A DNA stretch of 63,766 bases, counting the filler, from Sphacelaria rigidula (Eukaryota): NCBI GenBank assembly GCA_964200075.2. It is 8 parts of 8 records of this genome, joined end to end, with 100 filler letters (N's around TTAATTAATTAA, not from the genome) between each part and the next. Parts side by side here need not be neighbours in the genome. Positions count along the whole stretch, not along the records: positions 47,903 to 55,784 come from CAXNAA020013108.1; positions 55,885 to 63,766 come from CAXNAA020013109.1; 6 more parts are not named here. One strand, 5' to 3'. This document shows, one piece after another, positions 49,657-62,387 of this stretch (its first letter is position 1; each line of letters begins with the position of its first letter). Under the pieces are notes generated by a model. It saw nothing but the letters and a program-made list of their open reading frames with translations, was not told the origin of the DNA and searched no databases. A program made the position numbers and the translations under genes.

Positions 49657-50673
49657 CACGTTGACAACGATTACTTCTGCACATCTTATCAGTCGCCTAC
49701 CTGCTGTACTGCTGTGTATGGCTGTATATGACCCATAATGAACAACCGCCGCGGTGAAACAGCTGAACCCTTTGACGGCGAGAGTTAGTCATCTGTTGAA
49801 TCGGCATCAATTTCACCTGAAAATGTATGCTTGATTGCGATGACCGATCCTTGCAGTCAAACGGTCAACCCTTTGACCGTGGCGGTAGGTCACCTGCTGA
49901 ATCGGCATCAATTTCACTAGAAAATGTATGCGTAGTCCGGATGGACTACCCGCATCACGGTCTGAGGCTTAACCCTTTGACCGTAGTCAGATAACCGTGG
50001 TCGGCGATGGAGCGCGACGCCAGGCATGTTGACAAGAATCTCTCCTGCACACCATTTCAGTCACTTACTTGCTGTACCGCTTTATATGACTGTATATGAC
50101 CCATGATGAACAACCGCCGCGGTCACGCGATTAACCGTTTGACGGCGAGAGTAGGTCCTTTGTTGAATTTGCACAAATTTCACCTGAAAAAGTATGCTTA
50201 ATTTCGATAACCGACCCGGTCACCTGCTGAATCACGATCAATTTTACTGCGGAAAGTATGCGTGATCCAGAGGGACTACCCGCATCGCGGTCTGAGAGTT
50301 AACCCTTTGACAGCCAGGGTAGGCCATCTGGACCATTGACGATTCACTAGATGGTCTATCATATATGGTGGCAGTCACAGGGTTAGATTATTTACCATTA
50401 CTAACCCTTTGGGGGCCGGATTCTCAGAAGCATGTAGTTTGCACACAGCGGTCTTTTTGTGAACCAGCATCATTTTTGCTTGAAAACGAGTGAAAATGAT
50501 GCCGATTCACAAAAAGACCGCTGAGTACAATCTCTACATTTTTCTGGGGATCCGGTCCCAAAAGAGTTAGCCCTTTGACGGCAAGGGTGGGTCACCTGCT
50601 AAATCGGCATCAATTCCACTTGAAAAGTATGCGTTATCCAGATGAACTACCCGTATCGCGGTCTGAGGGTTAA
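49657..50673 (+). mobile_element. Head-to-tail cluster of piggyBac MITEs, including a ~370-bp segmental duplication and a 170-bp palindromic MITE (50401-50570)
   Basis: Repeated AACCCTTTGAC...GAATCGGCATCAATTTCAC...CGCGGTCTGAGGGTTAA units joined at TTAA-like sites. Confidence 0.85.
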
Positions 50674-51277
50674 CACGACACATGCACTAGTGTCGCAGAA
50701 GCAAAAGATGGCTAGGTTAGGCGAGCAAGGTAGTCTAGTCGAAGGGTTGCTTTGAACAACAGTATACAACCGCTACCGTACTAATGCAAACCCGCTACAT
50801 CACGCCAAGACTATGCATACCTTTTGCTTGTTGAGTCGATTATAGCTCTGCAGAAGAGTGGCACGCAATGAGCATTGCATATAGCATGTAGGTTATCCTT
50901 GGTGAAGGGTGGGTGATGTCGCATTCAGCAGTCAGCAATGGTGTAGTGCAGTTCAGTTATCGTGAGACGATATGTCATATTTGCCCTCGGATTCGAATGC
51001 TTGGTCTCTCTTTCCTTCTGACCTCGCGTGCGCTTGCGGGGGTAAAGCGTCTTTCTCTGTTATAAATCGTCATTGGGCTGAAGAATGGTTCGGCAGACCC
51101 GCAATCGCATCACCCTATAGCCTTCTATTCAGGGTCATCATCGACCCTGTAACCATCCCCCGCAATAAATTTGCCAGGTTTTTTACCAGGTACAACCTAT
51201 CGAGTTGACATGAAAGGGGTAACTCCATACACACTCCTCTATGGCTTTCCATCGAGAAAGCACCGGATACAGGCTCA

Positions 51278-51353
51278 TTTCGGCTGCACCTAGATTCGGC
51301 TGCTACCTGTTTCGGCTGCTACCCGTTTCGGCTGCTACCCGTTTCGGCTGCAC
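51278..51353 (+). repeat. 16-bp minisatellite TTTCGGCTGCTACCCG, about 5 copies
   Basis: Direct inspection. Confidence 0.9.
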
Positions 51354-54300
51354 TCATGGGACCGGGTAACTTTCTCATCTCCTACTGCATATCCGAGCTT
51401 CAGTAGAAGTTTCATCCTTGTTCATTCTGCATGGGGTTTTTCACCTGTACATCACTCACTCGGGGGAGGTGCGCGTTTGGTGGCATGGCTTCTGCTACCT
51501 AGAGTTTGCAACCCGTTATCGTATGTCCTGGATACCGCTCACTCTGAACTGCTAATTTGACGTAATTCCTTCCTGTTGAATTCCAACCACTCGTCGTTCG
51601 AGTATCTCGCGCGCTAGTAGTATAGATCAAAGAAATCATATAGTTCACCTGTCTCTACTCTGTTGCCGACGTTCCCGAGACGTGTCCTATGATGCTTGCA
51701 CTCCGTCTCTTGTTTCCCTGTTTGGCATCTAGGACTACCCTTACCTGATCTGCTTCATGTTTCAATATTTGTTTTACAAAATTCTCTAGACCTAACGCGG
51801 TGTCAGTGCCGCTTATTTGTCGTCCAAGCGTGTTTAGGGCAGCCGGGAGAGTACGGTAAAACAGTATTTGAAATAAGGCATGTTGGAAGGGACGGATGGA
51901 TCTTGGAGTGTACGTTTGGTCCAACACGTTGAGTCTACGTCCCCGTCCCACTTGTCCCTACCCTTTCAACGGTACCTTGATCTCCTGGGTGGTTTGAGTC
52001 CATCGATACCTCAAGTCATCTACGTGAATACCTCACTCATGCTGCTGCGGGCTCCCCCCTTTTTGGCTGTAGATTAGTCTAGGCATAACGGAGGTGTGAC
52101 ACAGGATCAGTAGTAGGATGCAGGCCACCGGTATCGACTCTTTCGTCGGTCGGGGGTAGGCAGGAGGTGTTTTTGCCCAGTCGATGACTTGTGGTATGTA
52201 TCGAATGCCGGGTGTACATATGCAGTGAGTGTGCTGGAAGTCAATCTCCAAATCAGGTCTACAAAAGGCAACTCTTTACCATCGTTATAAGTTGAGACCG
52301 GCTTTTTCCCAGCGTCTGCACCCGTATGATCGAGCGTACTTGAAGTAGTCTCTGTTCGTTCGTACTGTTCGAGCAGAAATGACCCGGCAAAAAAGCATGG
52401 TATGTGTTAATTCAGTGTGCGTGTATTTAGTGTGTACCAGTGTTGTCAGGTCACAAATCAGTTGTCGCTGGATGACTAAAGTTGACATATGCTCGTCATC
52501 GGTACCCACAACAGACACTGATCGTCCCTGATGTAGCACTCTGAAAAGCGTTCTTCGAGTCTTCCCTCTTCGTGTCGTTGAACAGAGCAGCTCGTGTTCG
52601 GTTAAGTTGGGGACTGTTGTTTCTTTTCTCTCTCTCCCTCTCTCTTTTTTGCCCTTAACTTTCAAGAACTACACTGGATAAATGGGGGAAAGTGCTGATA
52701 GCGTTGGGGGTTTTGGATATGAGACTAAACAAATTCGGAGCACAACCCACAGGTGTTCAACACTCCTGACAATTACTGCAATAAGCGACTATATCTGGTT
52801 CAACATCTGCAGGCATGAAACGGTATGGGGCGGATCTTCCCCAAATCTTGTGAACAGTACAGCCAAAGGATAACATACCTCCCCGAACCCAAACGCATGA
52901 GCTGTAAGATGGTAACTAGAAGAATGGATCGATTAATAGATCTGGGATAAATTTACATTAAAAGAGCACCTGAGTTGATCGTAATGTAACAAGATATTGT
53001 GCCGGATACCAGTATTTCGACGATGAGTCGTCACGATAGAGTCGCGATACGGTCTCGATATACCACACTGTTCAAGAAAAGACGGTTGTCATTCGTGAGT
53101 GTGGAGGTAAAGCAAAAGCAGCATAATAAAATAAATGAAACATAGAGGCATCCACGCTCGAGATAAACACTGCAACACCAGAGTGAAGCGTGGTACGCAA
53201 CATGGGCTATTGGTGGGAGCGACTGTTACGAAAGCGATTATCATAGCCCTTGGCAATATGAGATAAGATACGCGATGTTCAGTCACACCTAACAGTTAGT
53301 CCTGTTATGTGAACAAAAGACGTACAGAAATCACCCAACCGAGAAAACCACTAAATTGAACTCAACGCGGACACATGCCGTCCTCGATGCGCTGTGCTTC
53401 CGCGTCCCGGCGTGGTCTGGTGGGGGATGAACAGTCGCCACTGCATTTAGCGCCGTTTCTCTCGGTGACGACACATATACCCAGGACAAGGGTGTGGGAT
53501 GAAGCTAGTAAAGTGTAAGGTCAGCACAAGATGGGAGCACTGAGTACATGAGGATAAGAGCATGCCCTGGTCTTGCGCCTCCTGTCGCGTATCGACTCGT
53601 TCCGTGTCGAGCACTGAATTCGACACAAAAAAATGTGGTATAAATAAGAGTACGAAAAGGGCTCCATTACCCAATGCAATAAGTATAGACACCAGTAAGC
53701 GAGGAATTGTACGTTTGTAGAAGAATATGAACTGTGAATAAAATCCCAAAATACAAAATATGCGAGACTCACTAAAATCGTGTTTTTCCCAGAACAAAAA
53801 CGGTCACCGCAAAAATAATATCCGGTGATGCAGTACAAGCGAAAACACAAGGATGACAAACACAAACACGATCAAATATAGTTAGCAAGGATGAAAATAC
53901 AATGTCAGAGTTCCCAAAAGCAAAACTGTCACCGCAAGGATGAAACCCTGTGGTGCACGGGCAGGGAGAGCGTCGGTAAGGTGTGAAGACGGACGCAGGG
54001 ATCGTCGCGGGAAACAGCCCAAGAGCATTGCGGATGAGAGGCAATTCAGCATGTATTGTGGTCATCACATGTGCTCTTCTCCAGAGTTTTAGTGCTCGTG
54101 ATCGTAAAGCTGTTGTTGCATCGGATGAAACAGTGGGAAACTGTTCTTCATCGCCCCCTTTTATTTATGTAATGGTCGAACAATCTTGGCACTAGGGCTT
54201 GAGGACAGAACTGCCAGTACATGTTGCTACGATACCCTCCCGGTTCTGTTCCCCGTCTCGGCTCGTACCTGAACTGGATGATATTACCTGTGTTGCTGGA

Positions 54301-55157
54301 CGGACTCCCGGGTGTCTTGCTGCGTGTGTAATCATGCTGTGGTGCGGTACCGACAATGGTATGGTTTGCGGTACTCACAGAAGGGCTCTGGGACGCTACT
54401 ACAAAAAGAAAACGAATAAAGAGAAAAATATTCTTCCGATAGATGGATGGGAGGGAGCTGATCGAGTCACCCACTATTGTTCCTGTAATTTGGCGCCCCA
54501 ACTCGAGGCAGGCTTTACCTGGTAGTGGGTAAACCTGTGGAGGGTTGGCTTGTGCATAGATTTCCTCAACTGCATGGTGCAAAAATAAATAAATCAAATT
54601 TACGGAAGTTACTCGCAGGCGAGCAGACCTGGATATGTCGATTTTTCAATGCGGAAAATTAGCCAATCCTTCATTTTTGTTGTTGCGGCATCGGTGTAGT
54701 ATATTAATCGCGTTTCTTCCACAGCATAATTTCACATGTGAGTAGACATTGTGTGTTGTTTGAGATTTCATGGGTGATGGTGGGATCATCATGCATCATG
54801 TAGTGCATATTATGAGTAAAGTACATGTCGGTTCTGTATGTGAAAAAAAGTTTCATCGCCGCTTTCTCGACAAAAAAAGAAGAAAAGAATGAGCTCATAT
54901 CCCGTATTAAACAAGCGTATATCAGTTCTTTTCAGCGCTGACAAGTGACCCATTTCGATGCCAACGGTTCGGATTTCCTCCTTAGAAAAACAACTATGTG
55001 AAAAAAGTGAATAGCAATTGAACTCATGTCGGTGCTTACTCAGCCGGTGATATGCTCGGAATATAGGTCGGTCGTGTATCGGCGTACAACAAAATGAAGT
55101 ACGAAATAAAGAGTGGGGCTGAAAAAATGCAAAAAAATAAAAAATAAACGCTGGGTG

Positions 55158-55555
55158 AGATTGCTAGCGAGCAGACGATCCTGAATAATGATTTATTTAA
55201 TGCGGGACATGAGCCATTTCTTTTTTTTCTCCCTTTTTTTTGTTGGGGTCTGTTGGTATCTGTGGTCTGTTGATCGCGTTGCCGACACAGAATGTTGTCA
55301 TGTTAGCTGTTGAACTTGATTGGCGTTTCATGGTTGTTGTTGATGTGATGAGTGAGCATCGTGTATCTTTTACTGAGAGAGAGTTACATGCTGGTTCAGA
55401 GGAGAATCATGACCTAGGTGCATGTCGTTTCATTACCCTTCATGTCCAACAAGAGAAGAAAACAAAAAATAAGAGGGAAAAAAAAGAGGGGGACTGAGCT
55501 CATGTCTCGCATGAAAAAATAACTTTATTAGTTCCGATTATTCTCGCAAGCAATC
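55158..55555. repeat. Imperfect inverted repeat (MITE-like)
   Basis: GATTGCTAGCGAG...ATGCGGGACATGAGC versus GCTCATGTCTCGCAT...CTCGCAAGCAATC. A further partial copy lies at ~54890. Confidence 0.55.
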
Positions 55556-55784
55556 AATGTATCACTGCCCGGGCAATACCGGGCCCAGAAGAATATGCTT
55601 CGCACTGGATGTGAGTCAAGTCGATCGTTGTGTCCGTTACTCTATGTCGTATGAGCTATGTGGGTACTCATATTTGTAATAGATACTTATGCGCTCATAG
55701 CCTGAGGAGAAGGAACCTCCAGCACGTGGAGGGTTGGGTGTACTCATGATGATCATGCTTGCCATAGTCATCAGACCATTGACC

Positions 55785-55884
55785 NNNNNNNNNNNNNNNN
55801 NNNNNNNNNNNNNNNNNNNNNNNNNNNNTTAATTAATTAANNNNNNNNNNNNNNNNNNNNNNNNNNNNNNNNNNNNNNNNNNNN
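55785..55884. other. Artificial scaffold linker 7
   Basis: Same 100-bp linker. Confidence 0.98.
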
Positions 55885-57289
55885 AATACGTTCTCATTTT
55901 TCTGGCAACCCTGTTGTAAGTCACTCATGATTGATCGCAGATGATTTTTCTTTCAATGTTTGTCAAGAAGATTCAAATATCTCCAGATGCCCTTTTTTCT
56001 TCATCCAAAATTCACCGCAATGAGCGGTGACAAAGCAAAATAAATTTGGACACTCTTTGAGAAACTAAGAAATTACGGGTTCTGCATACTTCTGACGCTG
56101 ACTACTATATAGTGAAATTCGGCCCATTACACCACCGGGGCGCGGCGCATTTTGCTACGTAAGATCATATCGCATCATCCTTTTCAACCTTATTGCTACC
56201 GCTGACGAGTTAGCCTTGCCAGCTCTTCGTCTTAGATCAACTATCTTGCATACGAGGCATAGCGTACGTGGACTAAATACTCTGCTAGAGTATCTTTCGT
56301 TGACAAAACATGACAACACGCCTACTCCAGCAATATCCTACTTGAAACGTCATTCAAACAAGTAGACTACTCAAAGCTAACACAAAAGAGGTACTCTCCG
56401 TGAAAAAGATACGAATGATTCGGTATTACATCGTTTGTAGTTTCGTTGAACCGCAACAGGTTGTACCGCTCATCGTTGTTGCAACGACTGAATGGACTGG
56501 AATTTTCCAAACATCGGAGCAAAATGAGTAGGGAAAATATCACAGATTATTTTCATATGTTGGTCAATTCTGCATCCAACACTATATTCGTGAGATTCGG
56601 AGTGTAACTTCGGATTCAGAGTGAGACCCGAAATAATTGACTTTCTCATCGATTTTGACATCGCCACAGTTCGAGGAGTAATGCGCCCAGCTGGTGAAGC
56701 AGTGGCTTAAATGAAAGCTGTCTCCTACACGATCAATGTCTAAAAACTGCAAACTATGCGCCCCCAAGAACACAAACCGTGAAGAACAGTCCGCGAGACG
56801 GTCTGCACATTTGTTTTTCTTCACATGCTTAGAAACAAGCAGTTGCATCGCGTCTGTGTGAATGTTTATCGGTTCGATTTTTTTCATATTGACCTGCTGT
56901 TTGGGGTCGTTAGCCTGTAACCACGGAGGAGGGCGTCTGCATCAGATGCCAAGCACAGAGTACTGCGCAGATATCGGAGCGATTTTCAATGTGAAGAAAA
57001 ACAAATTAATTTAGACAGTATTTATATATTTATATATATTGGAAAAAACGGATTTAGTAGTAAAACAAGGGTAATCGCGACGGCGGCATCGAGCTACGTC
57101 GATAGCGGCGGCGGTGATGACTGTTCGTCAGACAGTTCCCGTCAGTGTTCTTCGAATATCTTGTTCCATGGTATTCCCAAATTATTGTAAATGACAATAG
57201 CACATTCTACTTATCGTACTCGTGACGAGACCCAGTCCCGGGTGATTCCTTGAAGCTGATGATCCTGATTGTTTTCAGCGTGGACATTT

Positions 57290-57450
57290 TGATGCGTGGG
57301 AGGACCGCTTGCCTTTTGGACCGCATCGGGGTTCAACATCCCTATGGTTGGGTTTGGGGTTAGGGTCAGAGGCGCGGTCCCTGTAGGGACTGGCCCTTGT
57401 AGTATTGAATCCCGTTGCGGTCCAAAAGCACGCGGTCCTCCCACGCATCA
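57290..57450. mobile_element. Telomeric-repeat MITE, second copy
   Basis: ~45-bp TIRs TGATGCGTGGGAGGACCGC...TTTTGGACCGCA.CGGG.TTCAA. The core is GGTTGGGTTTGGGGTTAGGG plus the GGTCCCTGTAGGGACT hairpin. Confidence 0.85.
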
Positions 57451-57921
57451 CAATTTCACAAACACACATGCTACTTCGACGTGACACGCGATCGACGTGC
57501 GTGTCAATCTCAGCAAGTCCACTTATTCGACTCAGTGCTAGCTTGTATCTGTTACACCGACGGATGCTTTGAGATAAAGTAGCACCTGTCAGACAGCTGG
57601 TCACACGGACGTGATCAAGCCTTCATAACTATCAGTTTTTTTCTCTATCTGTAACGGTAAACACTGGGGTCTGGTAGCGCGTCCGCCGATACTTGCCCGA
57701 TCGAAGACTCACAACAGTGCTACCATCCGCGGAAATGTCATTAGCACTGTGTTTTGCCGCGCTGGCCCGTTGCCCGTTGCCCGTTGCCCGTGCTCACTGG
57801 TTTCAGTGACATGCCGTACAGTTGATCGGTCCGCATGTCACTTGTACCAACGAAGTATCTTTCCCTCACTCGTCGTGCCTCATACGACTATGCACTACTC
57901 TGTGCTCACCCTCACAACCAG

Positions 57922-59243
57922 ATTGTTTACGTTCTCGAAGGCGAGATGCGAGTGGGCTTTGTGGAAGAGGACGGCGGAGATGGGCCGGTTGTTAACGACC
58001 TAGGTGAAGGCGACGTGATGATTCTCCCACAAGGGCTCATCCACTACGAGCAAAACCTCGGCTGCGAGTCATCTACATTCATAGGCGCGCTGAACCACGA
58101 GGATCCTGGCACCGTGAAAATCGTCGAGAGCTTCTTCGAGCTTCCCACTGAAGCGGTCAAGGTCAGTTTCCAAACTGCACACGCTTTCGATGACAGTCAA
58201 GAAGTCACTCGGACCAACGGCAGTTTTGACCAATCACCAACCTCAAGCCACGTTTGGGGGGGTTACAGTATTGTTGCTATTGGCCCATAAAAAACAGCCG
58301 ATCATCGAAATTGAGGATGGAGCTTTTCATGGAGGATGAGAACCCGGAGGATCAAAATCTTTTTGTCCACACCAGATCTTCGAAAGACGGTTCCAACCTT
58401 CACCTACTATCGGTAGTTATTGATGCTACACGCCCCACAACGTTGGATTTCGATTACCGGAAAGTTTGAATTTTACGTGAAAGAACATTTTTGGGGAAAT
58501 TAGGTGATGCGATCGGATCGCCAAGATTCCGCGAAATTGTTTTTTCAAGTAGGACCCCAACGTATCGGTTATCAAAGTTCAAATTTGTGTGGTATGTAGT
58601 ACTAGTCAATAGCTACCAGTAGGTTGAGGAATGGAACCATATTTTTGAAGATTTGGTGTGAATGCGGAGATTTCAATCCTCCCGGTTCTCATCCTCGTTG
58701 AATACCTTCATCCTAAATTTCGATGATCGGCTGTTGAAAGCTAGGGGCCTATCATCGTTGTCTGGCTTGCAGCTGTATCGTGTAATTCCGCCAAGCAGGA
58801 AGGGTCGACTGGTCTTCTTGTGCATCGGTGGGTTTCGATCTTGTATCATATTCGTTGCACAAGGATCTGGCGTTGTTCTCCACCATTGGTTCAGTGCCTG
58901 GCCATGTCTGCTCGAACATAAGGCCAGCGCCCCGTGATACCGCGACCTCAATGACGAAGTGCTTGTCTAAGGTATCTTTCGAATCCACGATGCTTCGGTG
59001 CCAACTGACGCCTGCGACAAGCAATCAAGTCTTCGCGGGACTTAACATGTGACACTGCCCATACTGAAGAGAAAACCACGAGCATTCTGACAAACGAAAC
59101 CCATTTTTTCACCTCGACTTCGCTTCACCGAATAGGCTCAAATCAACTTCGACGACGCCGAGATCAACAAGTTCAAAGACGCCCTGCCTCTGGCACCGAA
59201 GCTGGCGCGCGAGGAATGTCTTAAGGCGTGCGCTGATGTGTAA
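57922..59243 (+). CDS. Germin/spherulin-like cupin protein, last two exons (5' partial)
   Basis: Exon 57922-58161 encodes IVYVLEGEMRVGFVEE...LGEGDVMILPQGLIHYEQNLGC...ALNHEDPG (cupin motif 2, GD...PqGliHy..N). Exon 59136-59243 encodes AQINFDDAEINKFKDALPLAPKLAREECLKACADV*. The intron is phase-0 GT-AG. Confidence 0.88.
58295..58733. mobile_element. MITE with ~140-bp inverted arms in the cupin intron
   Basis: CAGCCGATCATCGAAATT.../AATTTCGATGATCGGCTG. Confidence 0.85.
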
Positions 59244-59315
59244 CGGGAATATTTTACATCCCTCTGTGGAACGTATGGCTCCGTGACTCTCTTGTGTCAT
59301 CACATGACTTACCAA

Positions 59316-59711
59316 CAGCGGATTGTCAAAAATGATGTTCACAAGCAGTGTTTTCCCCGACCGAAGGTAATGAAGAATGGCATTCATATGGACGACCTCA
59401 TTCATCCCAACGCCCACGAAACTGGTTCTCGGAATTTTTAGCCTTCCGTTCCCTTTGAGGGTATTTGCAAAAGCACGATCTTTTTGCCAAAGAGAGCCCC
59501 TTTTTCAGTCCGAAATTGAGGCAAAAATGTGCTTTCGCACATACCCTTTTGGCGGACGGAAGCCTAGAAATCTCCCGAAATACTTTTAGGGAGGTCGGGA
59601 GGAATGCGGTAGTCCACGTGAAAGCCAATCGTCATAACTTTCTGTCAGGGAAAGCACCGATTTCGGGTTGGACATCAATTTTTGTTCAAGCCCATTCTTG
59701 ATAATCTGCTG
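59316..59711. mobile_element. Palindromic MITE (44884 family) just downstream of the cupin stop
   Basis: Colinear with 44884-45302; termini CAGCGGATT/AATCTGCTG. Confidence 0.8.
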
Positions 59712-59815
59712 TTCACCGGTTGTCGAAGTTTTTTTATTCGTCTTTTTTAGTGGTGTCGAGATGCATACTCTTTACTTGTTACTATGGCACCTCACGTCGT
59801 ATAAGATACGATCGT

Positions 59816-59893
59816 GGGGGGAGGGGGTTTGCTCATTTGTTGTTTGCCTCAGTCGTTTCACCGTTGACCACGCATCCCTTTCAAGACGGAGCA
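59816..59893 (-). repeat. Dispersed repeat family A (inverted)
   Basis: Diverged reverse complement of 8011-8086. Confidence 0.85.
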
Positions 59894-60097
59894 TAAGTAT
59901 GCTACGATAGGGGCGGCGGGGGGGGGACGGGGGGTGATTCCACGATAAACAGGGGCTCACAGGTGTGCCAGACGATACAACTACTCGCGGTGCGTTTGTA
60001 TTTGGATGAAGACGGGGTCTAGCAGTATGAATGAGTGTCTTTTTGGTGAAAAGTGTAGGGTATACGCAGTGCACTGTTTGTCGATCCGAGTGTTGAA

Positions 60098-60194
60098 CCT
60101 TAATCCGCGAGGTTAGTCTTCTGTTGAATCGGCATCAATTCTAAGTGAAAAAAGGTATGCATGATCCAAGAAGACTAATCTCGCGGTCTAAGGG
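60098..60194 (+). mobile_element. piggyBac MITE (100-bp family)
   Basis: ...TGTTGAATCGGCATCAATT...CGCGGTCTAAGGG|TTAA. Confidence 0.8.
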
Positions 60195-62275
60195 TTAAGA
60201 GTTGGATAGTTTCGGGCTGATGAATGACTTGAACGTGACCATAAGCATCGTCCTATCGCCATTTGGGCAAGACGCTTACACATTGTTTGCACGACCGAGT
60301 ACGGAATGGCACGTCGATTCGTAAATTGAAAAGAAAAGTCCGATTGAAGATAAACCAGTGTGAGTGTAAGCTTGACGTAAACCAAGTTGAGGTTTTCGTT
60401 GCTGACCGCACAAGTTGAATGATCCTGGTTCAGTTCATGTGGCAATTTACTGTCTTTCCTGGCTCAATAGGAAATAGTTTGAAGTGACCTTCGACGATGA
60501 GCTTTGAGGCTTTGATCCTGGAACAACGTAGCACTGCGATCCCATTTCTGGCGGGTCATTTCAGTAGAAGGTCGGGGTTGCACTCATAGTAGTTCGTTGG
60601 TGTGGGCTCAAAAACGCCTCTAAGCTTGGTAGCGAGCCTTGTTCTGGCAATCCCCGTGTTCTGTGGCATGCAATATTCATGTAGCGGGTGACCCATGCCC
60701 AGGGGTCCTCAAGATAATGCAAGCGTATTAGTGTATCGGTTTATGTCGCAATGACGTCGACTTATCAGGTGCTTCATCTTGAAACTCGGCGATGCAAGGC
60801 GGATTTAGACAACACGATTGCTGGGCCAGCGAGCACGAAGGCGTGCCATTTGTAATGGCTCGGAGTTGATAACGGAATTCATGTGCGAGAAGTGAGTATT
60901 TACGGGCGACGACACAATTTCATGGGGAGGAGTAATCCATGCTGAGTCTGCAGAGTTTGGTCTTGAATGCAACAATAGACTGCCAGACGCAGCCAGGCCT
61001 CCGATAGTCGAATTTCACACGTGCCCGGTACGTTGCTGCGCTTGGAGTAAAGACGCACACTGAGGGAAATTGATACAAGTCGAAGGTGAGTAAGAACGAT
61101 GTAAATGATGCTGCGATTGAACAGACACCAGTGCGATGGTGTGTTTTCGATTCACGTGGAAACTATGCCGCAGCGGGACAGTCCAGACACGACTCCTCCC
61201 CAGCCAATGCAGCTGCCTGCAGAGACTATAGTGTTCCTATTGTGGCTTACGGCTACGATGTGGAATATTGAGCGTCTAAACAAGGCGGCCGGAGGGGCGA
61301 GATGTAATGCAGGAACTCATACATGCTACCTGCCGCACCTTGTGCGGAAATTCCGAGCAAGCGCGTACTTCCGTCTTGAATAGTGACGGCACTTAATTGG
61401 CAAGGAAGACTTGTGTGTGCTTACGGGTAACTGTTCGCTCCCTGAGCAAAAGGTATGCTGTGTAGTCCGTCTCGGCATAACACTTCAGTGATCTCCGGAG
61501 CTACTCTGCACCTTGCAAGCCTCGCTGTTCACATGTCAAACTTTACTTCAATCGTTTATGCCGGGACTCGAGCCCCATACCTGTACCTTCTGTCCAGGAA
61601 GCGAACAGTACGCTCACTGGTTTATTGGAAACGCTCGTGCTGTATGTGTGGTGCTGTCTCCTGGAACAGATCGACTACTGACGCACTGGACAGTAGCGTG
61701 ATGATGTCGAAATGATGGGGTTGCTAGTGCATTGGCTGGGATCGCAGTATGTGCCAGGGGATACCATGGTTCCAGCTGACCAAGCTCTCTGCGTGGGCAC
61801 ACACAGGCCGTGTCATGAAAAAAAACTAATTGATCGCTACGAGGCCGTATCAGATACGTCCCCGGCACTTATGTTCCCCGATGACTCCAATTCCTTTTTA
61901 CAAGTAGTTTGGCGCGACGGGCAGGGTCAAAATCAGAAAAGCTTAGCTTTTTGTAGGCTTTTTATCCGCGCCTATAATTTTGCATAAAACGGGGTTTTGC
62001 GCATAAGCATAGGCACTATTCTCAAAACAAATGTATTTGGCGATTTCAGCATAACTCACGCGGCCATTCGGCTACCTTGTAGAGGAATTTCCAAACGTGA
62101 TCCTCGGTTCCGTCCGTTCCGAAGTCCCCCCCAGGGATCTTGGGTATTCGTAATCCTCTAGAGGATTTTCAATGTGAGGGCCCTCGAAGGTTTGTGTCAA
62201 TACTAAAATCCCCTGGATTATTGCTTTTGCAGGCATAGTTGCTATGGAAAAATCCTAATTCCAAATGTTTGGAAT

Positions 62276-62387
62276 CGGGCAAAGTGAGGATTTATTTCGA
62301 ACAGCAGAGGCTGTACAAATCCCATATACACTCGCAGATGGAATTTGTACACCAGAAGCTGTTCGAACTAAATCCTCATTTTCCCCG
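62276..62387. other. Isolated ~110-nt imperfect hairpin (pre-miRNA-like)
   Basis: TGAGGATTTATTTCGAACAGC...TGTACAAATCCCAT, loop, ATGGAATTTGTACA...GCTGTTCGAACTAAATCCTCA. Confidence 0.5.

Noticed and set aside
52150..52260. Zinc-finger-like VCIECRVYICSECAG
   Set aside because: An isolated short motif after a stop codon, with no supporting exon structure.
7886..55884. Regularly spaced TTAATTAATTAA palindrome every ~7.98 kb as a biological periodic element
   Set aside because: Always embedded in exactly 44+44 Ns; it is an assembly linker.
24388..59243. Cell-wall/defence gene cluster (protease-WSC, receptor, cupin)
   Set aside because: The genes lie on different scaffolds joined artificially.
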